The notes: generated by a model not told the origin, from the letters alone. A stretch of DNA of 37,226 nt from an uncultured bacterium (GCA_964392665.1 CAYMQB010000029.1:1-37226), one strand, 5' to 3'; shown: positions 8,269 through 18,359, counted from the first letter of the stretch. Numbers and translations: made by a program.

Positions 8269-9279
8269 TTATTTAGTAGGGACCTGATCTCCTTCACTCG
8301 AGGGGGAAATTGTAACGGGAGTTTTGTTCATCGTATGAGTTCCAGCCGTAGCAGCGGCAATCTGTTGACCCATCATACTTTTTAAAGGATATATAATTAC
8401 CATACTACTCTCTTCTTTCGAAATATCAAGGATAGCCTGAATCTGCCTGAGTTCCATTGCTCCTGTTTGCGTAGAAAGAGTTCTTGTAGCTTCAGCAAGT
8501 GACTCAGCCACATTTTTCTCGGCAAGTGCCTGAATCTTTTTAGCCTTTGCAGCACGCTCTGCCCGTGCAATTACAGCAAGTTCCTCTATCAGCGATGGAG
8601 GTGTACCAACATCAGTGATTCTTACTGCTCGTACATTTACACCGTAGTCTTTTGCTTGTGAATCAATCTCTGTTTTTAATTCCAAGGCAATCTTATCGGT
8701 TTCACTTAATAGAGGTCTCAGATCATTGCTTCCGATTGTACTCTTCAATGCTTCCATGGATGCCCACTCTGTCGTTTTCCAGTAGTCTTGCACGTCAATT
8801 GCAGCCTTTTCAGGATCTTCCACCTCCAGTTCGATAGCCGCAGTAACATCTATGGGAATATTATCCTTTGTTAGTGTCTTTGTTGCCTTCACCTCATAGG
8901 TTATGATGCGAACATCTATGATGCGCGCAACAGAATAGATAAATGGTGGTATTATAAATAATCCTGGACCTCTGACGCCTACACTTTTACCAAGACGAAG
9001 GAGAACAAGTCGCTGCCACTGCGGTAGGACGAAAATCATTCCGGCAATGATATTTGCAATAAAGAATACAACCCCTGTTAAGATAATACAAAAGAAAAGA
9101 CGCATAAGCACTACACCACCATTCGTTGCATGACTGGTAATCTCTGCCCAGGCAAAACGGAAATTAGGTAAGGCAATCCAAATCCACAGCGGGATTACAA
9201 TCACCCAACGAATAGCTCTACGGATAAAACTCTGAACTGGACTTGTCCCTGTTTCCATTTTTTTCTCCCTTCTGGTCAA
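8269..9279 (-). CDS. SPFH/band-7 (stomatin/prohibitin-like) membrane protein.
   Basis: 336 aa. N-terminal TM helices, then RLGKSVGVRGPGLFIIPPFIYSVARIIDVRIITYEV, a typical band-7 core, and a coiled-coil Ala/Glu-rich tail. Confidence 0.85.
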   Translation of the reverse strand: MTRREKKMETGTSPVQSFIRRAIRWVIVIPLWIWIALPNFRFAWAEITSHATNGGVVLMRLFFCIILTGVVFFIANIIAGMIFVLPQWQRLVLLRLGKSVGVRGPGLFIIPPFIYSVARIIDVRIITYEVKATKTLTKDNIPIDVTAAIELEVEDPEKAAIDVQDYWKTTEWASMEALKSTIGSNDLRPLLSETDKIALELKTEIDSQAKDYGVNVRAVRITDVGTPPSLIEELAVIARAERAAKAKKIQALAEKNVAESLAEATRTLSTQTGAMELRQIQAILDISKEESSMVIIYPLKSMMGQQIAAATAGTHTMNKTPVTISPSSEGDQVPTK

Positions 9280-9324
9280 TTAGCATTTTCACTTTTCGTC
9301 CCCTGCAAAAATTAAGGCTTCTTG

Positions 9325-9337
9325 GTAGCAGTGCTAC
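9325..9337. promoter_or_regulatory. Perfect 13-bp palindrome GTAGCA-G-TGCTAC upstream of the SPFH gene; a candidate operator.
   Basis: Read directly. Lies 42-54 nt upstream of the SPFH start, inside a larger CCTGCA...TGCAGG inverted repeat (9302-9363). Confidence 0.25.
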
Positions 9338-9364
9338 GGACAACGGGCTTTGTGTGCTGCAGGT

Positions 9365-12300
9365 CTAAGGTAATGTCTTTTTTGGCCGTTTGCCAAACTT
9401 CAATTTGAGCGGTGGATTGTTTTTAAGGTCTTTTAATATTTCTTCTATTGCCCTGTTAAGTTGAGTGTCAACGCCTTTTACATATTCATTTGGTGTTATA
9501 TCCACCTCAATGTCAGGGTCGGTTCCGTAATTTTCTACACCCCAGCCAACATCCTTAAACCAAAATGAGAATTCTGGCTGCGTTGTTATCGTTCCATCAA
9601 CCAGTAAATTTCGTGGCCAGATTCCAACTACCCCCCCCCAGGTTCGTCTTCCAACTAACTTACCAAGACCCATCAATTTGAAAGAATGACTGAAAATATC
9701 GCCATCAGAACCAGCATATTCATTTGTGATGGCAATCATTGGACCATTTACTGATTCAGAAGGATAAGGTGAACTGCCCATCCATCTTGTCAGATCGTAT
9801 CCAATTCTTTTTCTGTCAAGTTTACTTATTAAAAGCCCTGATACATGACCACCCCCATTAAATCTGACATCCACTATCAAACCATCGTAGTCGAGTTCGA
9901 CCAAAAAATATCTGTGAAATTCGGAATAACCATCTGCCATCATATCAGGAATATGTATATAACCAATTCGTCCTTTTGTCTTTTCGTGCACATATTGACG
10001 ATTTTTCTCAACCCAATCTCGGTACCTCACGGGAGTCTCATTTCCAACGGTTTTTATGCAAACGATTCTGCGTTTTTTACCATTGTTTTCTGCAACCTTC
10101 AATTGAACCTCTTTGCCTGCTAAATTCACCAGAAGCTGCCCTGGAGATATATCTTTACTCAGCTTATTGCCCTGTATTTCAAGCAGCAACATTCCTTTCT
10201 TAATATTTACGCCGGGACGTTGTAACGGTGGAGTATTGGTCTCATCCCAACTATCTCCCTTTAGAATATGGAGAAAACGATATGCCCTTAGTTTTGTATC
10301 GTACTTAACATCAGCTCCAAGAAAACCAAGTTTGTATGAAGGAGAAGTCCTGTAGTCACCACCAAGCTCGTAGGCATGGGAAGTCCCGAGTTCTCCCTGC
10401 ATTTCCCACAAAAGGTCAGAAAACTCGCTTCGAGATGCAACACGCTCTACAAGTGGAAGGTATCTTTCTAACACTCTTTTCCAATCGATACCGGACATAT
10501 CAGGAACCCAAAAATAATCACGCTGCAATCTCCATGCCTCCTTCAACATTTGTCTCCATTCGGAAACCGGATCTATAGAGATACTCACACGCTTCAAATC
10601 AATCCATCCTGTCTTTCTATTTCGTTCCGAACCTTTTTCTAATTCTTCCTTTTCCTCTTTAGCACTTCGAACCATCCGCAAGTCGTTACCTATACGGCAT
10701 GCAAGCGTATTTCCGTCTCCGGAGATTCTATAATTCGATACTTTTGGAACAATCACACCTTCCTCAAGCTTACTCAAGTCAAAATATCTTAAAGTGGCTT
10801 TTGCCGGGAGTATTGACTCATGCCAGGATTTTCCTTTTGACCCTTCGATTTCATAGGTCATATAGAAAACTCTTTGCTTTGATGCAGCAAGTCCCTTATA
10901 GATAGATTCTTTAACCGGGAACGAAACCGTTCTATTTTTTATTCCATTAAAATCTATTTTTATTTGTTTTACCGATTTTGGAGTCTTTTTTAGGATATCA
11001 AGTTTGTCCTCCTCGAATGGAGCGGGATTAGGAACGAAAGGGGAAGTAATATTTTTGCGAAGTGTTATTGCATACGGTTTCATACCTTTAGGGAAATTCA
11101 AATCGAATTGCAAATTATCATACACCGGGTTGAAAATTCTATGCGAGAGGAAATACAAATATCTTCCCTGCGGGTCAAACACGGGTTCAACATCGTGAAG
11201 TAAGGGTTCACTGACCTCATGAGTCTCTTTCTTCTTTGTATCATATACTTTCACTATTGAAGAACGTTTGGTTTTCCAGTATGAATATGCGATCCAATTG
11301 CCATCGGGCGACCAATTAAATCCGTTGATAACACCAAATTTGCTTCTGTCAATTTTTTTAGATGTTTCTTTTGTCAGGTTAACAAATATGATTTCATTAC
11401 GGTTGTTTGTTATTACAATCTCATCTCTTCCGGGAGATGCTTTCATTTCCACAGGCCTTCCGATAGACAGTTGTTTTATTTTCTTAGGTGTTTTTGAGTT
11501 ATCGACCCAGTGAATTTCTAAATGGTCTTCCCCACCTTCATCGCTAATCAAAACAACTCTCTCATTGTTATGAAGCCAACGGGTTAATCGATGGCGAACT
11601 GATAGTTTTCCTTTCTGTTTAACCACAGGACCTTCCCAGTTTGCCATCGTGAATGACTTACCTCGACTCACAATAGCTATTGAACTTGCATCGTTATTCG
11701 GACTATAGTCTTCAAGATATTTTGCGGCATCAATGAATTTTCGGTTTCTTTGCACTTTTGGACTGAAGTATTCGATCTCAACCTTCCTTTTTCTGTTATC
11801 GGATGTATCATATACGAAAATATCAGCACCATTGTGGTAAACAATGTTTTTCCCATCGGTGCTCGCATTTCTTGCAAAGAATTCTCTGTGATTTGTATGT
11901 TGCTTAAGATTTTTACCATCGAGCTTGCAGGAAAAGATATTGGCAATTCCTTTATGGTCGGAGATGAAGTAAATTTTGTTCCCTATCCACATTGGGTTTG
12001 CAAGATTACCTTTGAGTTTAATCATTTTATTGAACTTTCCCGTCCCTTTTGCGTCAATCCAGATTTCTCCCGCTGTTCCTCCATGATATCTCTTCCACAT
12101 TGCAGGATCACCTGTGTTTCTACCTATAACAACACCTTTTTTTCCGTAACTTATACTTCTCGCTGGTCCGTATGGTAACATTTTCGGTTCATGACCTTGA
12201 AGGTCAATTTCATAAAGCCACAGAAGATGTCTGAAAGGCTGAGCTGCATTGCTGGCAAAAATAACATTGCTACCTTTCCAACCCTTTACGGATGTTGTCA

Positions 12301-12568
12301 TTCCAAGACACGTTAACCTTTTTGCTTGACCCCCCGAGGAAGGCATTACATAAACTTCCATAGCACCTTCTTCTCTTCCGAGAAAAGCTATCCATTTTCC
12401 ATCAGGAGAAAACATTGGATGGGAGACTTCCCCAAGATTCGAAGTGATTCTACGAGCTGTACCTCCAACCACGTTTACCGTCCACAAGTCGTCCTCTGCA
12501 ACAAAGACAATTTTGTCCCTATGAACAGTTGGATATCTATAATATCCTTTAGATTTTGATTCCATCAT
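9365..12568 (-). CDS. Tricorn protease homolog (beta-propeller + PDZ + S41 peptidase domains).
   Basis: The ORF runs to 12607 (1080 aa). A start at Met14/15 (MMESKSKGYYRYP...) is preferred because of the SD AAGGGAG immediately upstream. The N-terminus (YYRYPTVHRDKIVFVAEDDLWTV..GG.ARRITSNLG...P.FSPDGKWIAF) and C-terminus (IAITNEYAGSDGDIFSHSFKLMGLGKLVGRRTWGGVVGI...GVENYGTDPDIEVD) closely parallel Thermoplasma tricorn protease. Confidence 0.88.
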   Translation of the reverse strand: MMESKSKGYYRYPTVHRDKIVFVAEDDLWTVNVVGGTARRITSNLGEVSHPMFSPDGKWIAFLGREEGAMEVYVMPSSGGQAKRLTCLGMTTSVKGWKGSNVIFASNAAQPFRHLLWLYEIDLQGHEPKMLPYGPARSISYGKKGVVIGRNTGDPAMWKRYHGGTAGEIWIDAKGTGKFNKMIKLKGNLANPMWIGNKIYFISDHKGIANIFSCKLDGKNLKQHTNHREFFARNASTDGKNIVYHNGADIFVYDTSDNRKRKVEIEYFSPKVQRNRKFIDAAKYLEDYSPNNDASSIAIVSRGKSFTMANWEGPVVKQKGKLSVRHRLTRWLHNNERVVLISDEGGEDHLEIHWVDNSKTPKKIKQLSIGRPVEMKASPGRDEIVITNNRNEIIFVNLTKETSKKIDRSKFGVINGFNWSPDGNWIAYSYWKTKRSSIVKVYDTKKKETHEVSEPLLHDVEPVFDPQGRYLYFLSHRIFNPVYDNLQFDLNFPKGMKPYAITLRKNITSPFVPNPAPFEEDKLDILKKTPKSVKQIKIDFNGIKNRTVSFPVKESIYKGLAASKQRVFYMTYEIEGSKGKSWHESILPAKATLRYFDLSKLEEGVIVPKVSNYRISGDGNTLACRIGNDLRMVRSAKEEKEELEKGSERNRKTGWIDLKRVSISIDPVSEWRQMLKEAWRLQRDYFWVPDMSGIDWKRVLERYLPLVERVASRSEFSDLLWEMQGELGTSHAYELGGDYRTSPSYKLGFLGADVKYDTKLRAYRFLHILKGDSWDETNTPPLQRPGVNIKKGMLLLEIQGNKLSKDISPGQLLVNLAGKEVQLKVAENNGKKRRIVCIKTVGNETPVRYRDWVEKNRQYVHEKTKGRIGYIHIPDMMADGYSEFHRYFLVELDYDGLIVDVRFNGGGHVSGLLISKLDRKRIGYDLTRWMGSSPYPSESVNGPMIAITNEYAGSDGDIFSHSFKLMGLGKLVGRRTWGGVVGIWPRNLLVDGTITTQPEFSFWFKDVGWGVENYGTDPDIEVDITPNEYVKGVDTQLNRAIEEILKDLKNNPPLKLKFGKRPKKTLP

Positions 12569-12704
12569 ACTCCCTTTTTTGATTTTAAATTCACTATATT
12601 TCTTCATGCGAAAAAGTGCACGAAGTTTTTCTTAATATACAATAGAAAATCTAAATGTCAAGGGTAAATTATGTTTCTATCGAAATGTGAAGAAAGTAAC
12701 AGGT

Positions 12705-15239
12705 TTATTCTCTCTTCTTTCTCTGTTTTAACGTACTTATGACCAACCTAATTACCGAAGAAAGAAAAAAGAGGAAGGACAACAGGAATAAAGGGAAGAA
12801 CAGTCGAACCGAGTGGATTTTGACAAAACCTGCGTACACGAGTAAAAGAATGACTATGCTTATCAATAAGCAAATAGATGGTCTTAACATAAATCTAAAA
12901 ATCCGTGTAATTTTCCCCTTAAATAGTCGTATCGATGAAGCAACGAAGAGGAGTATCAATAATGTTAAAAATATTGGATGATGGACATACATTCTAAATA
13001 ATACTGCAACCGCTAAAAATGCGAAGAGAATAAATGATAATACAATAGGTTTGGAAATGTTTTTGAATAGAGGAGACAATTTAGACAAAGTTCCTAAAAG
13101 TATTTTAAGCAGGGGAATTAGAGTCTTTCTCATTTTAAAAAGGACAAATAGTATTATCAAAATAACAATAGTAACGAATAAGTATATGAGTCGTTTGTCA
13201 ACATAAGTAAAACTGAGATGTAAAGGTTCCCCTTTCTCGATAATCTTTTTGCAGAATAGGTAATTCTCTCCTGAAATAGGTATATTCACATTTATAGATA
13301 GTAAACCTGAAACCCCGCGGTCAACTTTTTTAACATCACCTATCTTTTCTTTAGGCTTAGAGGAAGTTGGAGTTTTGGCTATCTCCAGAATCTTTTCCCC
13401 TTTAACGGGTTCTTCTGGTGTCAAAACCTCTGATGTTTTATCCATTGTTCGCACTTTTTTATCACACTTCTTGAGGTTTCCGCCAAAGTGAAGATATCTG
13501 TAATTTGCTGGCAGGTGAAAATCCCATTCCAATCTGTTTATCAAGATATTGGGCACAGGTAAAAAAGATTCGTTTTTCCCAAAAATTGTGAACCTTGTAG
13601 CAGGTTCCGAATAAATGAGTTCCACACTGAAAGGTTTTAAAATGCCGTCTTCCCTTTTAGAACGTACCAAAGGAATCAATATTTTACCATCCTTTTCTCT
13701 TGATGGTTTCTCACGTTTTCCATCCACATATACACTCCAGATGTTTGCATCTTCAGGCAATTCCAATTTGATGAATTGATTCCACAGGTTTTGTATAGAA
13801 AATGTAATCTGATGAACCAATTTACCATCCTCTTGGAATAGAGTAATTCCATACATATAATCAATAATAACGTTTAACGCCTCTTCTCTCTCATATTTAA
13901 CGATACCAACAACAATATTATATGGATGTCGAACATATTTCAACGAAAACAGTATTGGTCTTGAAGCAAGTTCACCAAGTTCAGTGGGAATTTTCTGAAA
14001 ATCTATTCTTTCCAAACCTTGAAACTCTTGAATATGGGCTTCTGCATTACTCTTCACCTCAGCTGCAACAAAACCGGATTCCCTTTTGGTTCCCATGATT
14101 TCAAAACCTGAGAAATCAGCTACCGTAGTCTCCATCGGCAAAAGCCTTTCAGATTTGATTGTAAATTCCTGCTTCCCCTCAATGGGATATTCAAAAGAGA
14201 TATTCAGAAATTTCTCACCATCACTTTCTGTTACATTCCATATATTCTTTGTTGCCCCATCCACCTTCAAAATTTCATAACCCTGTGGAATAGAAACCAA
14301 AATTGAATTGAGCTTATCCTGTATGATATTCAACTTGACCTTTGTGGAAACCCTGATAGCGTCTGCTTCTATAGAAAGAAGGTTATAAAGTTCAGCATAA
14401 ATCTTAGCAGGACCCCTTGCAATCCCCATTGGTTTTCGTTTCCAGCCAATGCTCATCGTAGGACTCGAAATAATGTAAGCTTCTACTATGGTATGTTTAC
14501 CTATTTCCTTCATCTCCATACTCTGAGCATTTACAAGTGTCACATCCAGTGCTACTTTGGGAATGTCCAATCTAACATGTGTTATCGGTGTCTGGGGAAT
14601 ATTGAAATAGAGGGCAGGGGTTTGCTTATTCTTACTTGTTTTAACTGAAAATTTTACCATTAACAAGTGTTCTCCAACTTCATTCGTGCTTAAATAATGC
14701 CAACCTGCGTCCGTAATAATTGAAGCAGGATTACCATCGAAACGGATATCTTCGATTGCCAATTCCTCACGGAATAAAGGTATCTTCAAATAACTCTCCT
14801 TGTCTTTTCTGAAGATATCCAGTTCCAAAAGGGCGGTGAATTGTGTACCTTCACCGCCTACAACCCCATTGTAACTTGCCTTCCTTATAAGATAATCGCA
14901 AGGTGGGCTCAGCCTTTTTACCGTGGGAGTTTTCATTTTATCAATAAGATTTTTGAATTGCTCCCGCGTCAAGACCACGTTTCCACCGTCTACTTTATAT
15001 TCAGCTTTAAAACGAAAACCCGTCTGTTCAAGAAGCTTACTAAATTCAACCCATGAAAGCTTAACCTCATCCGTATCAAGTTTAAGTATCTTCTGGAACT
15101 CCTGCCAGTCAATAGTTATATCACTCGAGTAGCTTTCATGTTCCGTATCGTCTGCTTTAACAAGTTTTATGAAAAAAACAGACAATAGAACAAGGCAGAA
15201 AAATCCAGTTTTCACATATGTTTTGCCATTGATTTTCAC
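12705..15239 (-). CDS. Large secreted/membrane-anchored protein of unknown function, paralog A (844 aa). Signal peptide, ~700-aa extracytoplasmic region, 4-5 C-terminal TM helices.
   Basis: Homologous along its whole length to the adjacent 15320-17794 product (e.g. RGPAKIYAELYNLLSIEADAIRVSTKVKLNIIQ vs RGPAKIYAETFSLLSIEDDALRVTTKFKLNILQ; WSVYVDGKREKPSREKDGKILIPL vs WSLYVSGKREVPAKNEAGVFMIPL; YRYLHFGGN vs YRLLHFGGN). The N-terminal module has tripled W.EF.KLL motifs. Confidence 0.75.
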   Translation of the reverse strand: MKINGKTYVKTGFFCLVLLSVFFIKLVKADDTEHESYSSDITIDWQEFQKILKLDTDEVKLSWVEFSKLLEQTGFRFKAEYKVDGGNVVLTREQFKNLIDKMKTPTVKRLSPPCDYLIRKASYNGVVGGEGTQFTALLELDIFRKDKESYLKIPLFREELAIEDIRFDGNPASIITDAGWHYLSTNEVGEHLLMVKFSVKTSKNKQTPALYFNIPQTPITHVRLDIPKVALDVTLVNAQSMEMKEIGKHTIVEAYIISSPTMSIGWKRKPMGIARGPAKIYAELYNLLSIEADAIRVSTKVKLNIIQDKLNSILVSIPQGYEILKVDGATKNIWNVTESDGEKFLNISFEYPIEGKQEFTIKSERLLPMETTVADFSGFEIMGTKRESGFVAAEVKSNAEAHIQEFQGLERIDFQKIPTELGELASRPILFSLKYVRHPYNIVVGIVKYEREEALNVIIDYMYGITLFQEDGKLVHQITFSIQNLWNQFIKLELPEDANIWSVYVDGKREKPSREKDGKILIPLVRSKREDGILKPFSVELIYSEPATRFTIFGKNESFLPVPNILINRLEWDFHLPANYRYLHFGGNLKKCDKKVRTMDKTSEVLTPEEPVKGEKILEIAKTPTSSKPKEKIGDVKKVDRGVSGLLSINVNIPISGENYLFCKKIIEKGEPLHLSFTYVDKRLIYLFVTIVILIILFVLFKMRKTLIPLLKILLGTLSKLSPLFKNISKPIVLSFILFAFLAVAVLFRMYVHHPIFLTLLILLFVASSIRLFKGKITRIFRFMLRPSICLLISIVILLLVYAGFVKIHSVRLFFPLFLLSFLFFLSSVIRLVISTLKQRKKRE

Positions 15240-15319
15240 TTTTCCCTCGCTGAAATGGTTTTCATGCTTTTCTTTTTAACCGATGTTATCCTTTTCATCA
15301 TAGTTTAATGTCAAAAGAC

Positions 15320-17794
15320 TTATTGTTTTTTGTGTCGAGAGAACCATTGTGGTTTTATACAAGCTGTAAGAAAGAGAAGGACAAAAACAACGAACAGGAA
15401 CTTATTAATGAACCAGAATATCAAGGCTCCAACGACAAAAATAGAACGTATTCCATTTGGAGATGCAAACTTATTCCAGAAATCTTTTTGAGACACCGAC
15501 CATTTTTTGATTCTTATGTATAAAGCTATAATCCTCTTCCTGAGCAGTAAAAGGATATAAACGATGACAAGAAGGACTATAAACTTCAAGATTATGTTGA
15601 GCCACCCTTTTACATATTGAAAGTCCAGATAAAGTTCCTCTCCTTCTACAATAGTCTTGGCAAATCTATAAAGCTGACCTGAGGTCGGGACTTCAATCTT
15701 GAGAAGTGCAATACCTGCTTCACCACCTGTAATAATTCCTTTTCGTTGTTCTTTCTGTATGTTTTGAGCAAAATCGATTTCCTGCTTAAGTTGGTTCAAG
15801 AATGCGTCCCGTTGGTTTGCTGAGCTCGTCCTGAATTTGCTTTCCAATTTTCCTTGACTTCTCTTAATGGCTCTGTTTGAAACCTGTTTTTCAGGAGTCT
15901 CCCAATTTGTCAAGGCATCGTTGTATTCACTAACTTCATCGTATGAGAATACACGGTTCCTACCAAGAAAAGGATTGATTCCTGTTGCCAATTGTTCCTT
16001 CTCAACATTCCCCCCGAAATGGAGTAATCGATAATCATCGGGAAGGTAACATGACCATAACATTCTGCTTATAATTATATCCGTTTTAGGAAATTGCAAT
16101 CTTTTTGCCCCTAAGAAAGAAAATTCGGTAGTTCTATAATAATATAGAATCTCTACATCGAATGAAGCTATATTCTCACCTGTAATTTGCGAACGTGCGA
16201 GTGGTATCATAAATACTCCAGCTTCGTTTTTTGCAGGGACTTCCCTCTTTCCACTGACATAAAGACTCCATATTTCAGCTTTTTCCGGTAATTTAAGTTC
16301 AAGAAATTGTTTTCCTGTATTGCGCATAGTATAGACAATTCTGGTTATCACCTTACCCTCTTCCAAAAATACGGACATTACACTTGCATTATCGATTACG
16401 GTATTGACTACCGGAAGCTCTTCGTGCTTGGTAACCTTTAATGTCAGTCTAAAGGGATGTCTCAAATATCGCAGTCCAAAGATGGGTGGTCTTGCAGACA
16501 TATTCACAAGTTCGATAGGCAATTCCTGAATATCAAGCCTATCTATTTTTTCGGCCACAGAGATTTCAGTTTCTGCAGTGCTCTTCTTTTCTCCCCCTAT
16601 ATAACCTGTTTCTCTAACGGCATTCAATATTTGATATCCATCGAAATCGATTTCATTCTGCTTTTCTGAAAATATCCTTTCAGATACTACGGTGAATATA
16701 ACACTTCCCTCCTTTGCTCCACCGAAAGGCACACTTAATATATCCTTACCTTTTACTTTTTTCGTATTCCAATCCCTGATTTCCTGCCAGTTTTGATCTT
16801 TTACATATAGTATGCTGTAATCCGCGGGAACGAAAATTTCTATATTAGAAATAATATTCTGCAGAATATTCAATTTAAATTTGGTAGTTACGCGTAAAGC
16901 ATCGTCCTCGATAGAAAGAAGACTGAAAGTTTCTGCATAGATTTTGGCGGGTCCTCTTTTTTTCTCGGTCTTTGTAACAAGGGTGCGATGCAACTTGACG
17001 TTAATCTGGTTTGTTGTAGAAAGTACTGCTTCAACTTTGGTATGTCCGCCAATTCTCGATACAGTCATATGTTTTTCCTGTGGGATCTCAACCAATACAT
17101 CTTCTATAGGTATATCAATCTTCAATAATGTAATGGATGTTTGGGGAACGCTAAGATTCACTACATCAGGTCCTTTTTCAAGGTCTGTTTGTATGGAAAA
17201 CTCCAGGTCTATAATGTGCTGTCCACTCTTATTTGTTGCGAGAACGTACCAACCATTTTCCATCATTACAAGACCTGATTTATTGTCCAATGTAATCTTT
17301 TGTAATGCGACATTCTGAGGCAGGAGAGGAATCTTGGAAAACGCCGTCCTATCTTTTTCGAATATTTCAAGATAGAATTTAACGGTGAAAGATACGCTTT
17401 TCTTTTTCATAATCCCGGAATATTCTGCTTTTGTGATAAGGTAATCACCCGGAGGTGCAATGGGTGCAACAGCCACTACCTTCATTTGTTCAAGTAACTT
17501 CTTGAACTGCTCCCGCTGGAGTACGACTTTCCCATTCTGTATATTGTACTCTACTTTTACTTCACTGCCTGTTTGTGCAAGAAGTTTCTTAAATTCTTCC
17601 CAGGTTAATATTACCTCGTCTGAATCTATTTTAAGAAATTTCTTAAACTCACTCCAGGGAATTCTCACCAGGCTTTTACTGTCTTCTGGACTCTCAGCAT
17701 ATACTGTAGCGACTTTTCCCTGACCCATATATCCTATTAAAGATATAAGGAAAACAAACCAGAAAATCATTCTCGTTTTTTTCTGGGATACCAT
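15320..17794 (-). CDS. Large secreted/membrane-anchored protein of unknown function, paralog B (824 aa).
   Basis: Signal peptide (MIFWFVFLISLIGYMG...VYA), C-terminal TM helices (IILKFIVLLVIVYILLLL, IFVVGALIFWFINKFLFVVFVLLFL), and collinear similarity to paralog A throughout. Confidence 0.75.
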   Translation of the reverse strand: MVSQKKTRMIFWFVFLISLIGYMGQGKVATVYAESPEDSKSLVRIPWSEFKKFLKIDSDEVILTWEEFKKLLAQTGSEVKVEYNIQNGKVVLQREQFKKLLEQMKVVAVAPIAPPGDYLITKAEYSGIMKKKSVSFTVKFYLEIFEKDRTAFSKIPLLPQNVALQKITLDNKSGLVMMENGWYVLATNKSGQHIIDLEFSIQTDLEKGPDVVNLSVPQTSITLLKIDIPIEDVLVEIPQEKHMTVSRIGGHTKVEAVLSTTNQINVKLHRTLVTKTEKKRGPAKIYAETFSLLSIEDDALRVTTKFKLNILQNIISNIEIFVPADYSILYVKDQNWQEIRDWNTKKVKGKDILSVPFGGAKEGSVIFTVVSERIFSEKQNEIDFDGYQILNAVRETGYIGGEKKSTAETEISVAEKIDRLDIQELPIELVNMSARPPIFGLRYLRHPFRLTLKVTKHEELPVVNTVIDNASVMSVFLEEGKVITRIVYTMRNTGKQFLELKLPEKAEIWSLYVSGKREVPAKNEAGVFMIPLARSQITGENIASFDVEILYYYRTTEFSFLGAKRLQFPKTDIIISRMLWSCYLPDDYRLLHFGGNVEKEQLATGINPFLGRNRVFSYDEVSEYNDALTNWETPEKQVSNRAIKRSQGKLESKFRTSSANQRDAFLNQLKQEIDFAQNIQKEQRKGIITGGEAGIALLKIEVPTSGQLYRFAKTIVEGEELYLDFQYVKGWLNIILKFIVLLVIVYILLLLRKRIIALYIRIKKWSVSQKDFWNKFASPNGIRSIFVVGALIFWFINKFLFVVFVLLFLTACIKPQWFSRHKKQ

Positions 17795-18082
17795 ATACTC
17801 CTCCTCATTTTTCTTGATTCCATAAAATTTGACTACAAAATACCCTGTTAGAAAAATATCTTAATTTTTTCTTCCGTTTATATATACCTTTTTACTCATT
17901 CTTTATTCCATAATTCTTTAAAATGCACACAGCACTTTATTAATCGATTCTTGTTCAAGCGAAAAATTACTAAAATGAGCGAAATTAGTGTTTCATGCTT
18001 ATTTTTTGATTTGCTGTCCACCATATGCAAACAGCGTAAATAGTCACTGAACTCCGTCGTAATTCAGAGTAAATGACCAGTG

Positions 18083-18244
18083 AGTCGTGTCATTGCGAGT
18101 TCCACTTCTTGCCCTGTGTAATATCATTATTCACAAAACATTTTCCTATTACACGGCGCTTGCTCGACTCATGCGAAGCAATCCCATACTTGCCTTCTGT
18201 CAATATGAGATTGCCACGCCTGTCACAGGCAGGCTCGCAATGAC
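18083..18244. other. GC-rich intergenic element with nested inverted repeats; candidate structured ncRNA or MITE-like element.
   Basis: Perfect 11-bp IR GTCATTGCGAG (18089-18099) / CTCGCAATGAC (18234-18244). Inner IR TGAGTCG (18083-18089) / CGACTCA (18166-18172). Inner IR cTGTGTAATA (18113-18122) / TATTACACgg (18148-18157). Small hairpin GCCTG-TCA-CAGGC (18218-18230). Local GC about 47% against a ~33% background. Confidence 0.3.
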
Positions 18245-18359
18245 GGGGTTTACTGACTATTTACCAGACAGCACTTCTGAATTCATAATGGCTTAATGAT
18301 AGTGCAAATCCCTCGAAAAAATGTTATTTGGTAAGGCAGTTGAAGAAATACTTGAAAGT

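Noticed and set aside
18087-18296. The 69-aa plus-strand ORF (MSLRVPLLALCNIIIHK...) as a real gene.
   Set aside because: It has no SD, lies on the otherwise empty plus strand, and coincides with the nested inverted-repeat element. It more likely reflects the GC-rich structured sequence than a coding region, though this is not excluded.
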